DNA of 64,000 nucleotides from Phoronis australis. Lineage: Eukaryota; Animalia; Phoronida. Position numbers and translations under genes: made by a program. The DNA lies in NCBI GenBank assembly GCA_002633005.1, contig NMRA01000386.1, positions 15,184 to 79,183 of the forward strand, in the 5' to 3' direction. Each line of letters opens with the position of its first letter. Position 1 is the first letter of the stretch. The notes under the pieces were generated by a model that worked only from the letters and a program-made list of their open reading frames with translations, had not been told where the DNA came from and ran no database searches. This document shows positions 1 through 11,636 of this stretch, piece after piece.

Positions 1-16
1 CTTCATCGACGTTGTC
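1..16 (-). CDS. Probable next lipoxygenase exon, truncated by the window edge (DNVDE...)
   Basis: Minus-strand acceptor tttttgtag|GACAACGTCGATGAAG; open in phase 0, matching the end phase of exon 1141-1419. Only 16 nt are visible. Confidence 0.5.
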
Positions 17-475
17 CTACAAAAATTTGAAACAAATCCAAACAACGTTGCTGAAATTGGCGTTGCTGATACTATTATGCCAATATACACATTTTATATT
101 GCAATGTGGAAGACTGTATACTGCCGAGATGCACTCTGGAACACTGTAAGAGTAGAAAGACTACCGGGAATTTCCAAAAATAGGAAAACTTAAAATGATA
201 TAGAATTTACGCTCGTGCGTATTTTCGGAGGGGGGGGGGGCGAATTTTCTGATATTGTTTGACATAAATGCGTCTGCAGTCGTATCTCACCACTAAAAGT
301 TTTAGTTGTCAATTGGCATTCAACAAACACAGTGCATTAAACCTGCCCTTCATGCTGTGCTAATGCGGTTAGTTGCCAACCAAATCGCACAAAATCTCGT
401 CATTTAAGTGCAATACATTCACAAAAACAACGGACGTCAACAATAAATGCGATATTAAGGATAACGATTGACAAC

Positions 476-600
476 CAAGTGTATGTTAGTGTCAATAACA
501 TAATGATTATCATTCACCAAATACATGTTCATGTCAATATCATCATGATTATCATTCACCAAGTATATGTTCATGTCAATAGCATCATGGTTATCATTAA
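476..600. repeat. 42-bp tandem repeat, 3 copies
   Basis: Unit approx. caagtatatgttcatgtcaatatcatcatgattatcattcac repeated three times; it explains the repetitive ORF 479..685. Confidence 0.85.
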
Positions 601-1140
601 TCATAACAGTGAACTAGAACAGCGACCAATAATTGCATTTCCCCATCCACGCAGTACATTTTTAAACTACCGTTCAACCTCTTAAACTGATTAAAAGCGA
701 AAATCTGTCTCACAATAGTCCTTACCCTGTTAAAATTTTATTTCCGTTACCAACAAGAACATCGAAACCTTCAGCGACTCATGAAAATGATTCAGAGTTT
801 ATCGGGTTTGTCAAATCCTAACATTGCAAATTGGAAAATGGCGTATGTACGCAGTGTTTATGACGAGTTGTCGGATCATTCGGCAACAATTCAAGATCAG
901 ATGCACGTGGTAATGTTTTTCAACCCCATAAGCGATTCGGTTACGAATTCAACGTTGACAGTTAAGCAACGGCGAATTGCCCCAGCCTTTAAATTGGGGC
1001 ACAAGTTTTTAGTAACTGGTCTCAGTTGATCGGTTGCCTTAATTGATAGATGACGCTGTACACACAATATGCTGTTGTAGACCAGACTGAATAGAGCTAT
1101 TGGGTTTAAAGAATTTACAGCTATAAATCTCCATATTTAC

Positions 1141-1419
1141 CTTAAAATCGTGTTTTTTCACATCGTGAAACTGAACAAATCGTGGCAAATTATCGTGCCC
1201 TTCAATTCCAATAAAACCCGGCTGCAAACCGTATGATTTTCCATACGGGTACATCTCTCGTCGGTTGCTCGTTTCTTCTCTGCGGGCTTTCTTCATGTCT
1301 TCACTTTTTTCTTGGAATATCAGCAATGCCTGAGCTGGTCTTAGTTTCACTACACCCTCCACCCAATCATAAAAAGGGAAACACGTTCTCGTATTGCTGG
1401 CAGTGTGAACGATAATGAC
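1141..1419 (-). CDS. Lipoxygenase exon: end of PLAT domain and start of catalytic domain
   Basis: atttcag|GTC...TTTAAG|gtaaat, 279 nt, phase 0-0. VIIVHTASNTRTCFPFYDWVEGVVKLRPAQALLIFQEKSEDMKKARREETSNRREMYPYGKSYGLQPGFIGIEGHDNLPRFVQFHDVKKHDFK follows the animal LOX pattern FPCYRW...R.kELe.R...Y.W...LPrD.qF...K..DF. Confidence 0.93.
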
Positions 1420-2129
1420 CTGAAATACATTAATATCGTAAATTCAAAACATCGGTTGAAATCGTTTTGCAGACACTTGACCTAAAGACATTTTAATTTC
1501 ATTAAAACTCCCATGAACACCATCTTTCATTTAACAATTCCTCCATAACTGAGCATCTTTAAACGTGTTTCTCGTATTCCTCGCTGTTTGGCTGTGTGCA
1601 GATACAATCCGATGCACAGTTTTGAGGTTTTGAGAGCAAACAAGAGTAGCCAATCACGACATTCAGATCCGTGAAGCTAATACAAGTACAGTGATAAGGA
1701 GAACCCCCTTTTCTCTATTTTTCCTTTTGAGAAACTGCATTTTACTCTGGTTAGCTGCCTAAACCAAAAATTCTAAATAGTCCTTTTAACGTCATAAAAC
1801 CGATCTCATTATTGTTCTTAACGCGATAGGAGTCTATTTCCTTTACCAACACGAACATCGAACCCATCAAAGAATCAAGAAAATAGTTACGAGTTTAATG
1901 AGCTTGGCCATTCTTAAAATTGCAAACTCGAACATGGTGCATGCACGCAATGCCTGCAATTTGGTCATGGTAACCGAAACAGAATCAGATCGCCGTAAGG
2001 AATATTATGAGACCTTTTTTTGCGTGCAAAAGACCAAATTAGATGTTCGTATTTTAGCCAGCTAAACAAAGCGAATCGCATATTTAATTAAGGATTACGA
2101 TAACCATTGTTATTAGTAAGACTTTGAGG

Positions 2130-2290
2130 ACGATAACAAAATAAAGTAGCACTCTGGCTATCAGCACAGATACGAACAAGTTCCGTTATTAACGTTTCGT
2201 TTTTAATCTAAAATCATCATCAGAAAACAAAAATTCATCACGTGTCACGAGCAACGAGCAAATACAGTCGAAATAACATTCACATGAACA
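2130..2290 (-). mobile_element. Possible Penelope-like element terminus with a minimal hammerhead-like motif
   Basis: Minus strand 2233-2181 reads ttttgtttt CTGATGA tgattttagattaaaaac GAAAC gttaataacggaa. Boundaries are approximate. Confidence 0.35.
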
Positions 2291-3749
2291 GATTACCACA
2301 GGTGCAAGGGCAAACTACTACCTTGACAACTGACCTATCGCAAGTTCTGCCTACATGCGAAAAGTAGATAAACAAACGATATGTTTTACCTGACAACGTT
2401 TTCTTTGTCGGGTAAAATGGGGGCTTGGAAACGAAGGTGTGTCAAAAATGCTGCGTTGTTATCGGTCAGTTAAGCTGTCACTCAAAATCCTGGCGATAGG
2501 TCAACAAGACGGAGGCCTGCTGACCCCTATTGTACATAAACTCAATGACATATACTAACTTTTTGCTTCCTCAACTAGCCAAAATTTAAGTCAGTTGCTA
2601 GCTTTTGTTTGAAAAAGTTCACCCTGGAATAACACAGTACCACACCCATCATTATTCACCCAAGGTGCTTCACACGTGTCAAGCACATGTCGCCTGCAAA
2701 TGTACCAGAAACTATCTCAAATCCTAGTTATTATGTAATTTTATTTCATGCGGGCAAACTTGTGTTATTGCAATTTTGAGTTACAAAGCTGACACAATGA
2801 AGTTGGCAAAAAGGCAAAATTTTTGTTTGGATGCGAATGTATTGCTCTTCCCATCAACCCAGGAGTGCCTAGAATTTTGTAAAGTATATAAGCCATGCAA
2901 TGCATTTCATTGTAGATATTAAAACGAGGGATGAACAGCGGGCATAACCAATATCAGTGACTGCAAAACAAAAGATTGTATTGGGGAAAAATGCAAATAC
3001 AAGACTGAGGTCAAAGGTCAACATAACAATCCACATTAACTACCTCCACCAATAGAGGGGAGTTCATTTCAGGATGGACAAATTGCAGGTCAAAGTTAGC
3101 AATGTGTCACTACACCTTAAGTGATCTGTTCATGTACAAACTGCTTGTGACTGTACTTGCTCAGTGTTTTCTCGACTGTTGGTGACATATGACGTATTTC
3201 TGATTATTTATGACTATGGTTTTGGATTTAAAGCGAAACATTGATCATGAACTTGCGCCAACGAGGCCAAAAAACCTTAGTTGATTCTGGTCTACACCTC
3301 AGTTCATTTTGAAACTTGCCCTCATTACCTTTTAAAACAGGAAAAAAATGCCCGCCTGCATCAATTTTATACAAGGTGCCGAACTTTTGGGAAAGTCCTT
3401 ACAAATGCTCACAAAAAAGCTTTTAAACGCCATTGGTCGTCAAGTGAGACATAGGTATCCACAAAGGATGCACGAATACCTGCAGTTGCGTGCCTGTAGC
3501 GTTGAAATTGGATTGAAACTGGTTTGAGTTGAGTAGAAAACTCATAATGTTTGCTCGTCTTAGGTAGATTACATTTTAAAAAATTGGAAACCTATAATAT
3601 ACCGCCCCATTGCATGAATTTTCAGAACAATCAAAGACCAGACTCAACTGTGTATTATCGACATAATCATTTGCCACTGGCTATGCGGCCACGAACTGAT
3701 GATACTAATAACAAAAAATGTGATTACATTTTCACAAATGAGAATCTAC

Positions 3750-3910
3750 CTTATCAAGATGCCAGGTGTCTTTCCCGTACCTCTCCAAGGTTAAGTACTG
3801 GAGCTCTCCAATATCGCTACCTTCAATTTCGTAGACATCACGTGATCCTGCTTCTAAATCGTCGTACCACCTCTTGTCTAGTAAAATGCGTCTTGTCGCG
3901 CCGTTAGTGC
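3750..3910 (-). CDS. Lipoxygenase exon: central PLAT/LH2 domain
   Basis: gtttgaaaag|GC ACT...GAT AAG|gtagat, 161 nt, phase 1-0. (G)TNGATRRILLDKRWYDDLEAGSRDVYEIEGSDIGELQYLTLERYGKDTWHLDK fits the PLAT consensus LD....dFE.G..D.Y.V....lGeL...W; it is in phase with both neighbouring exons. Confidence 0.93.
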
Positions 3911-4355
3911 CTTTTCAAACACAACTGAATCAGTTTTAAGTTGTATGAGAATCCAATATTGGGCTAACCGCTTGCTTTCAAAATGTTTCAAATCATTGTT
4001 TACTGAAAGCTCACGCTTGCTCGTAGTGGAGCCCGTAATTGTGGCCGAGTCGCTTAGTTCACGGTATAGCAGGGTTGGTATTCGAACGCTCTATTATATG
4101 AACGAGATGAAGAAAATTTAGAACGGAGCAGATCCTTACCACAAATGCGGAACCCGTAAAACTCTCTGAAAACACCTCTAAGAACTTTAACTACACTCAA
4201 AGAACCCTTACCCTGAATCTGAACTACTATCACACCCAGGCCCAGTTAAAATGTACCACGCACTAGAAGGTCGCAATAAAATCGTTCGTGATAAGAGCTG
4301 TGGTAAGACTTTGTGAAAAGTAGCAAGGTCCCAGTTTCATGGTAATGGTCCTTCT

Positions 4356-4747
4356 GAGTACGAACTTTAAAATCAGCGCATATTAATCGACGTTTCGGTT
4401 CATTGTCTCTAAACCATTCTCAAGACAAAAGACAAAAGTATTCCAATCAGGTGACAAAGGTGGAGAACAGGCTGTACAGGTACACGTCAAAATGTATTGT
4501 GAAGGGACAGACCAGAAATCAAAACAGTTGGAGCTCAAATGAACCAATACTTCTATTCAGATAGCGATCAGTAAAATTGACTCAACCGTATATGCATAGC
4601 CTCCTTTATAAGGAGCCTGAGGGTGGCATTATCCATGTCATAATCTGAACACCAGAGTAATCTATAGTTTGACCGGGTTTCAATGAATGGTTAAGAACAG
4701 CACTGCGTGTAAGCGTCTTTACATTGTTGATTTTAAAGTTCGCACTC
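4356..4747. repeat. Inverted-repeat-bounded element, possibly Penelope-terminus derived
   Basis: gagtacgaactttaaaatcagc at 4356 is the near reverse complement of gttgattttaaagttcgcactc ending at 4747; the arms also share aaccattc/gaatggtt. Confidence 0.5.
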
Positions 4748-5108
4748 ATATTTTGGTCCAAAATAAATGTGATCAAAGCTGGTTCTACGTGGGAACTGTT
4801 CTGCAGCTCGTCGTATAGATTGCTCGATTGCCTTCATCATATAAAAAAACAATTTGAAAATGCCGACGGGCAATGAATTAATTGCTAGCTAATTCTGCTA
4901 CGACACACAACATTGCGCCAGACAAATCTGACCAAGCTCAAGCTGCATTGCTTAGAAGGGTCGTAACGATTTTGAAAAACCGAAGTCAAATTGTGCCGGC
5001 CAGTGTAGTTGAACACGCAACATGACTGCAAATGGCGATTTAGCGGTAGTAAGAACGCGTCGGACTTAGTTTTCAACTTGCGTGTAAATGAATACCAAAA
5101 CACAGAGC

Positions 5109-5241
5109 AGAGTTCAGTAACGTTAGGACCTCGCTAAAATACAAGACTGCGCGAGATTACTTGAGATATTGCTGTTTATTTTAAAAAAGAACAAGTGATT
5201 TTGACTAGGTCTTAGCGTAAGTCCTGGTGTTACTGAACTCT
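5109..5241. mobile_element. Small MITE-like element
   Basis: Terminal inverted repeats agagttcagtaac... / ...gttactgaactct, with further imperfect pairing (aggac/gtcct). Confidence 0.6.
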
Positions 5242-6227
5242 ACCTGGTCTGTTATTCAGGTAATGCCCGTATATGCTCGGACGCTCAGTTCAGAAATATG
5301 CTAGCCGGACAGTGAATCGTTTCACACCATTTCCAGGCGTCAGTTGTGCCAGGTTGAATTGTTCAGGGGCAACTTGTATCTGGGCAGCGTTCTGAAGATC
5401 ACGCACGCAAGACCTCTCGTCAAATCACGTCTGAACTCCTACTGTTTCTCGAGTCCTCAAAACCGAAACGTTGCAAAATGGCGGCTGACAGGTCGGTAAG
5501 GAAACAATACTGTAGTTCCACCGGTGAAGCTACAGTATTGTTAGGTAAGGTGGGAATCATGAATTATGAGACAGTTAACAGTTCCTGTACCAAAAGAATC
5601 GATCTAAAGCCACGGCACGCACCAGTGCAGCTCTTTCTAAAGTGAAAGCAATGGGGCCAGTTTTAATGGCAATTGTGAGAACCAAATGTGTATTCAGTAC
5701 ATGTTTGAGGTTATTTTGACTAAACTGTAAACCCATCTATCTTCTGCTCTGCTTTTACCGGAGCTGGTTATCCCGCCATTTTGAATGAACTGCCTTTTCA
5801 GACCGAAATTTTTGCTGCAAGTTAAGGTACCCTAATGCAGAATCAAAATCGGAAAAATCAGGTTGGTAATAACATATTTTAGCCTAAATTTATAGAATCT
5901 AGAGGTCAAGAATGCTTGGAATCTTGTTTCCACTCTAGGACCAAAACAATCCTGAATATATAATTGTGGTAAAATAAAATGACAAATTCACATGGCTTCG
6001 TTGATATTTTTCTCCGCGAATTCGGTTGAGTTTACTTTCTGCACGTTATGCAGTTGGCAAGTGTCCTGAGGCAGAGAATTAGCAAGGGTTTTGTTGAACC
6101 AGTTTTTGATTTCGACTAGATCAGCCATTTGAGCTTGGACAAGGCGAAATTTAATTGCAGCATGTGTATATGACCCATGTCTTGGGCCAACGGAAAGCAG
6201 GCCGGGCGAACAATGATAGAAAAGTAC

Positions 6228-6313
6228 CTTGAAGGGTCAGGTAAACGTCATCGTCTGTTCCGGTTCTCCTCCAGTAGGAATTGTCACTTGTGAATACTTC
6301 CGCTGAGTACGCA
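6228..6313 (-). CDS. Lipoxygenase exon: N-terminal strands of PLAT domain
   Basis: ctgttgtag|T GCG TAC...CTT CAA G|gtactt, 86 nt, phase 2-1. AYSAEVFTSDNSYWRRTGTDDDVYLTLQG fits the PLAT start Y.V.V.T....aGTDd.VyltL.G. Confidence 0.9.
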
Positions 6314-6914
6314 CTACAACAGTTGTAGGTTGCAAAGTAACAGTATTTTACATAGTAAAGACCATGAGTGAGGTAAAGGCCAAACTTTACAATGGGACAT
6401 TTGAAATATTTAATTAAGCTGTTAATTCGTTACGGAGATTTTTTTGCAGGCAGTGTTAAAAGCCAGGAACAGCAAACGTTTTTGATTTGGCAATTTGAAA
6501 AACGAGAAAAAGTCACGTTTACAAATGCATTGAAATTATGTTAGCACAACATGGGCACAAAGTTAAAGGAATCCGCTTATCGTCTGCTTTTGGAGAGTTC
6601 ATTTGCTTTACCAACGTTGAAGTAAGGACATAACTGGATTACATTGCACAAGGCTGGCCAAATCACACGTCTTCATGAGACGGTAGGCATGCATTGCAAC
6701 CGAAGGCACGCTATGTTACTCGCGCAGCATATTCAGCCTCGTCCCCAAGCCTCAAAATATCTCTGATTGGCTCAGCCAAATGTCTGGCAGCATATTTTGC
6801 TTCACGCGCGCTGGTTACCGACATGAACGCTAGACGCGTGGCAGCTTGCTGTTTACGCAAAGATTCCTTTGTAAGCCAACAAGAGTATGGCGTTGCGTTG
6901 CTTACAGTCGATAC

Positions 6915-6979
6915 CTACTATGCTTGCTGTCCTTTTTTAGCGTTGGTGACCTTCGTTGATTTTCTCGAAACGCCAATAC
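6915..6979 (-). CDS. Candidate upstream exon of the lipoxygenase (N-terminal extension VLAFRENQRRSPTLKKDSKHSS)
   Basis: tttctgtacag|GTA...AGT AG|gtatcg, 65 nt, open, and it ends in phase 2 as the PLAT exon requires. No homology support. Confidence 0.4.
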
Positions 6980-9502
6980 CTGTACAGAAATATAATTTAG
7001 AATGGAAAGTTATTTTATCTCACATGTTCTTTCAGTTCGAGGGGCATTTCCATCATGCCCAGTAGTCAAATGTAAATGTTAACTCAGCCCCGCAAAGTGT
7101 CACAAACCTTTCCACACGTTGTTAGGAAATGAGTTGCAACGCCAATCAGATCTTTTAGCGCATCGACAAGGAAAGGTGTCAAAATGTCATCACTTTTAAC
7201 AGGATTGACAAAATCTTAGAAAATTTGACTGCTTCATATCAATCGTTGATGATCTCTTAAATTTCTTGTGAACAGATTGTCGTCTTGCAACAATTTGTAT
7301 CTAGACTATTGAGGTTAATCAGCCTGTTTGGTGTTTTTTTGCTTAGACCGTGAGTAGCGTAGACTCTTGTGGTCGGTTGCATGAAGCAATCACATTGAGT
7401 CCCAATTATGTTCCTTAAAGTGCTTAAAAATCACCATCTACGAAAATGTGTCGCCACCATAGTAAATTGCTGGGATATGAATGTTTGCCTGATACTAGTT
7501 TTGGACTTAAAAGTGATTAAAATAATCACCTCACAAAAATACATCCTCACCAATCAATCAGCTGACCAATTAAAACATCCGCACACGCTATCTGACGATA
7601 TGTTAATTAACTGATCTCGAGATACGAGCATTTATCGGTCTATGCATAATACGTAAAATCGGGAGAACCAATGTCAGCACTGGTCATCATCCAAACGTGT
7701 TTAATGTGAAAAGTTGTCAGATATTGCTGCTCGTTTTCCCGTGCTTTATGGTATAGAAATAATAATAATAATTGGACAATGTTGTCGGAATTTTGCAAAA
7801 TAATGTATAGCAAGGAGTGGTGAGGCGTTGCGTTTGTTTCTCGTTGTTTGTGTATTTTCTCTTTCAGCTTTATCGGTCGAGAGAAAAACAAAATCTGGAA
7901 TATGAAACTTTACACAAGTGAATGGAAAACACAATTCCATCCAAGTTCCTCCCTGATCTGAAAATTTTCATTCACTGCGTTGAGGAACAGGCGAAATGGA
8001 GTAAATGCCCAAAACGTACCGAGAGTGACGTAGAAGAAGTAATATCCCAGGGGACATTATTCCGCATAACGACCGAATGGAGTGAAAAACGCTCGACTTA
8101 ACCGTCGTATTTCACTACAATTTTTTTTTTACCATGGTAGTTAACGGAAAGTATAATACAAACACAAAGACAGGGATTGTAAATGTCACAAAAATGAGCG
8201 TCATGCTGTAGTTCACACGAGCTAAAGAGTCACTATGAACGACACTTCACGATTTTTGCCCATTTTCCCCTTAATTTTCCATTTATTTATATTGTAAAAG
8301 GATCAGAGGGCCGTACTACAATAATCGGGACATCGGAAAATCGCGGATACTGCGCATGATTGTACACTGTACAAGAAATTCTCGTGTTGCTGGACATGTC
8401 ACACTGGCGCTGGACAGGTTCGTACGTCACACTCGTGACTGTGGAGCTAATAGACGTTCATTTGACGTCGTTTTCACCTATTTTCTCATGTATATCCACC
8501 GAGTATATCGTTTATCTTCAATTGCCAAATGCCTACCACTCTCACCTAATAAATTGTGGTTTCAACAACGAAATTTCGAGATAGTGTGGATGAATACTCG
8601 TGGCAAACTAAATTTCATATATGGTTCTACAGCAAATGATGCAATTTTCAGTTAATTTGAAAATCTAAATACCAACCGTCATTATTAAAACGGTTTCTTA
8701 GCAAAGCTGTTTTAACTGACGATACCTAGATCTGACACAACCATCTAACATAAAAAGCATGTCACATTTCAGAATTGGTTTGCACAAAATGTATTGCCCG
8801 TGACGACAATGGAACTCTATCGCTGTAAGGAATATTATGAGACCGAGTAAAATTCTTGATTCGTTTTGTAGCTAAACAGGGCAAATTGCAACTTTAAATT
8901 TTAGTTCTCTTGCACTAGATGAGCATTTACAGGTAAAACTAATCAAGAAAAAAAGCAAGTAAATTATTACGAACCCATCTTGTCCTGACTAGTGATGACC
9001 TTGGATCAGTCAATCCCACATCTTCAGTGTTCAATCACCTGCAGTTAGCAAAACATTTGACGTATCCTGAGCAAGAGTAGGCCGCTGAACTACACTGTTA
9101 TGTCATTGGGATAAATTTGTATAGCTGCATTGAATAGGTATGCCTAGTTAGTTGATATGTAAGGCTTGACCTGGGCTTGTACAATCATGTTCTGAACCAG
9201 TTCTTGTATGCATTCCAACACCAATAAATCGTGTCATTGTTACATATCCCCTGACAAGCAAATTTCAACTATTGACAATGTTTACGCTTCATCAATCCTC
9301 CCGCAAAGGTCTAAATCCACAGGCAATTACCAGGACTGTGTTCAGTATTCGCTTGTACCTGCTGGTGAGGTAGAATTTCAGTACTGCTGGTGATGGTTAA
9401 AGTGGGAATAGTATGAGCCAATTGCATTTGTGTCATATTAAGTACACGCACTTTTGGGGAGCATATCTTTTTGCGTTATATTCCACGCAGTCATTAATTA
9501 TT

Positions 9503-10502
9503 TACCACACATGTTATGTCCCCCGTATTATGCGCCCCCTATAATGCACCCCCGTATTATGTTCCCCTATATTGGAAACCCCCCTCATCTTCTTGACCAA
9601 TCAGGGTCGACTAGTATATTGACATATTCCTTGTGAACAGCTGATCGCACGTTGCAAGGTACGTGTTCCATCGAAATTGAAACCCCCGCGTGAAACAGAT
9701 ATCGCGGAGTAGAAAACAGACTCCCGCATCTTCAAAACAGCTAACCAACCCGACCTTTAGAACAGGAGCCCCGGGGATCGGTCAAGATACCGGGGGACTG
9801 AAACACCACTTCTGCACTTTCTTTCAGCCAGAGGGAATGCGTTGAGTTCTGAAATTCCGAATCCAAATTTCGTTTTAATGATCTAAGAAGAGTCGAAGTA
9901 CACTTTTTGAGGTGGAAGAACGGTGAAATTGGTGACAGTGCAGGTCTTTTGAGTGAATAATTCTCCATTTCAAAATCCTGAAATTGATTGTGCCGGAAAA
10001 ATGCTCTCGACAAGTAAATCGACCAACCCTAAAATGCGGCCAATTGAAAAGACATTTAAAGGAATCAATCAACAGTGACACTTGACAGTCGAAATAATAT
10101 TTTTGTTATTAATTTTTAAAATATTTTTTGGAGAAACTATTCAATAATCTGAAATCAACTACAAATGATTACTGAAGTAACAGCGTTTTGAGATTATAGA
10201 TTAATGTTGAAATTAGCCCGGCACAGACAAGTTGCACGAGTTTTACCGCTAAAATTCAAATAACAAAATCAATATAATATAAATTACGTTTTATTAGGAC
10301 AATTTTTAACAAACAAATGTAGAAAACATTTGGACAGTATACTTACAATATGGGACTACAGCACTGGTCGGTCCCATTGATTTCCGCACGGGCCTGACAG
10401 ACAATGGTTACTTAGAATTGTAGTACAGTATCGGCCTGTGTGCATCTCGTTATACCAAGATCATCAAATATCAATAATAAAATAAATAAATGTTGTGTGG
10501 TA
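9503..10502. mobile_element. Putative ~1 kb non-autonomous DNA element
   Basis: Bounded by short inverted taccacaca / tgtgtggta, with internal ccccgtattatg repeats at the left end. No intact ORF. Confidence 0.35.
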
Positions 10503-11529
10503 TAGAAATTGCACTCCGCCACAATTCTAAAATCGTTTCTTAAAAGACCGTAGAAGATTCTAGTGAAATTGGCTGAGTTTGTATGATTATCCATCTTCTA
10601 AGCAATCTCAGCCAATCCCTTTTTTTATAAGTTTTCCTTTCTAATTCAAATCAACAGCTGGTTTGATTTTGCAATCATCCAAACGAGCGCCAGCAACGAG
10701 TGAGAAAAATTGTCGATGGAAATAAAGGCATTCTTTCGTAAACAAGTTACTTTTTAAATGCTAGGCATAACTGAAAGCCATCTGCAAAATGTAACTATAA
10801 TATTCCATTAACTTTGAAAATACGTTTTGTCATTCCACAGCAATTGGCATTTACAATGACATTTTTTAATCAACATAGCATTTTTATCGTCATAAACGCA
10901 AATTTATAATTCATTCTAAACGTTCATTTTACTGGGTAAACACTCGGAATTGAGTTTACAGTCCCACTTCATCAGTAGTTTTTTTAAAAGTCACAAAACA
11001 TTTTCTAAAATCTGGTGAACGCAAATTTCTTGTTCTGAATAAGCACTCTTTCGGGGAATCTCTTTTAGTGCTGCAATTTTAGGAAATTTCCAATAGATTT
11101 CAACATAAGCCTGCAATTTTCACCAGCAAAGCAAACGTAAGTGCTTAATTTGGACGTAAACGAATGAGGAAGCACGTGCACATGAGTGCACACGCACTGC
11201 AGGTCAAACGCATTGAGCGAGCACTGACACAAATATTCCCTGCATTCCGCGTGCTAAACAACATTGGGTATTATTTTTGTAAATGTTGGGATGCGCCAGA
11301 GCATCAATTTCAAGGATGGTTTTACTCAGTTGGATCGCCTATTGGAGCAAGCACTTGATTCCGAGTATACTTGTAGACCTAGCTACGAATGTATAGCCGG
11401 CGCATAAATACAGGCATCGAACGTAAAAATATAACGTTGTTCTTATCAATGATAGAACTTTGTAAGAAGTAGTGACAATTAAAAAGTCTTAGGATTCACA
11501 TTTTTCATACTTCTGTCACTTTGATTTTT

Positions 11530-11636
11530 CTAGTAAAACTAAAATGACGAGCGTACTAAAATATATTAAAATATCCCCTACGTATCGAGCGATGCGCTCT
11601 TTCTCAAGGGTGTGCTCGTCATTTTAGTTTTACTAG
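11530..11636. mobile_element. Miniature inverted-repeat element (107 bp)
   Basis: Perfect 23-bp inverted repeat: ctagtaaaactaaaatgacgagc (11530-11552) / gctcgtcattttagttttactag (11614-11636). Confidence 0.8.

Noticed and set aside
10347-10393. 47-nt minus-strand segment with a strong donor that could end in phase 2 (candidate LOX exon)
   Set aside because: It falls inside a putative non-autonomous DNA element and has no supporting similarity.
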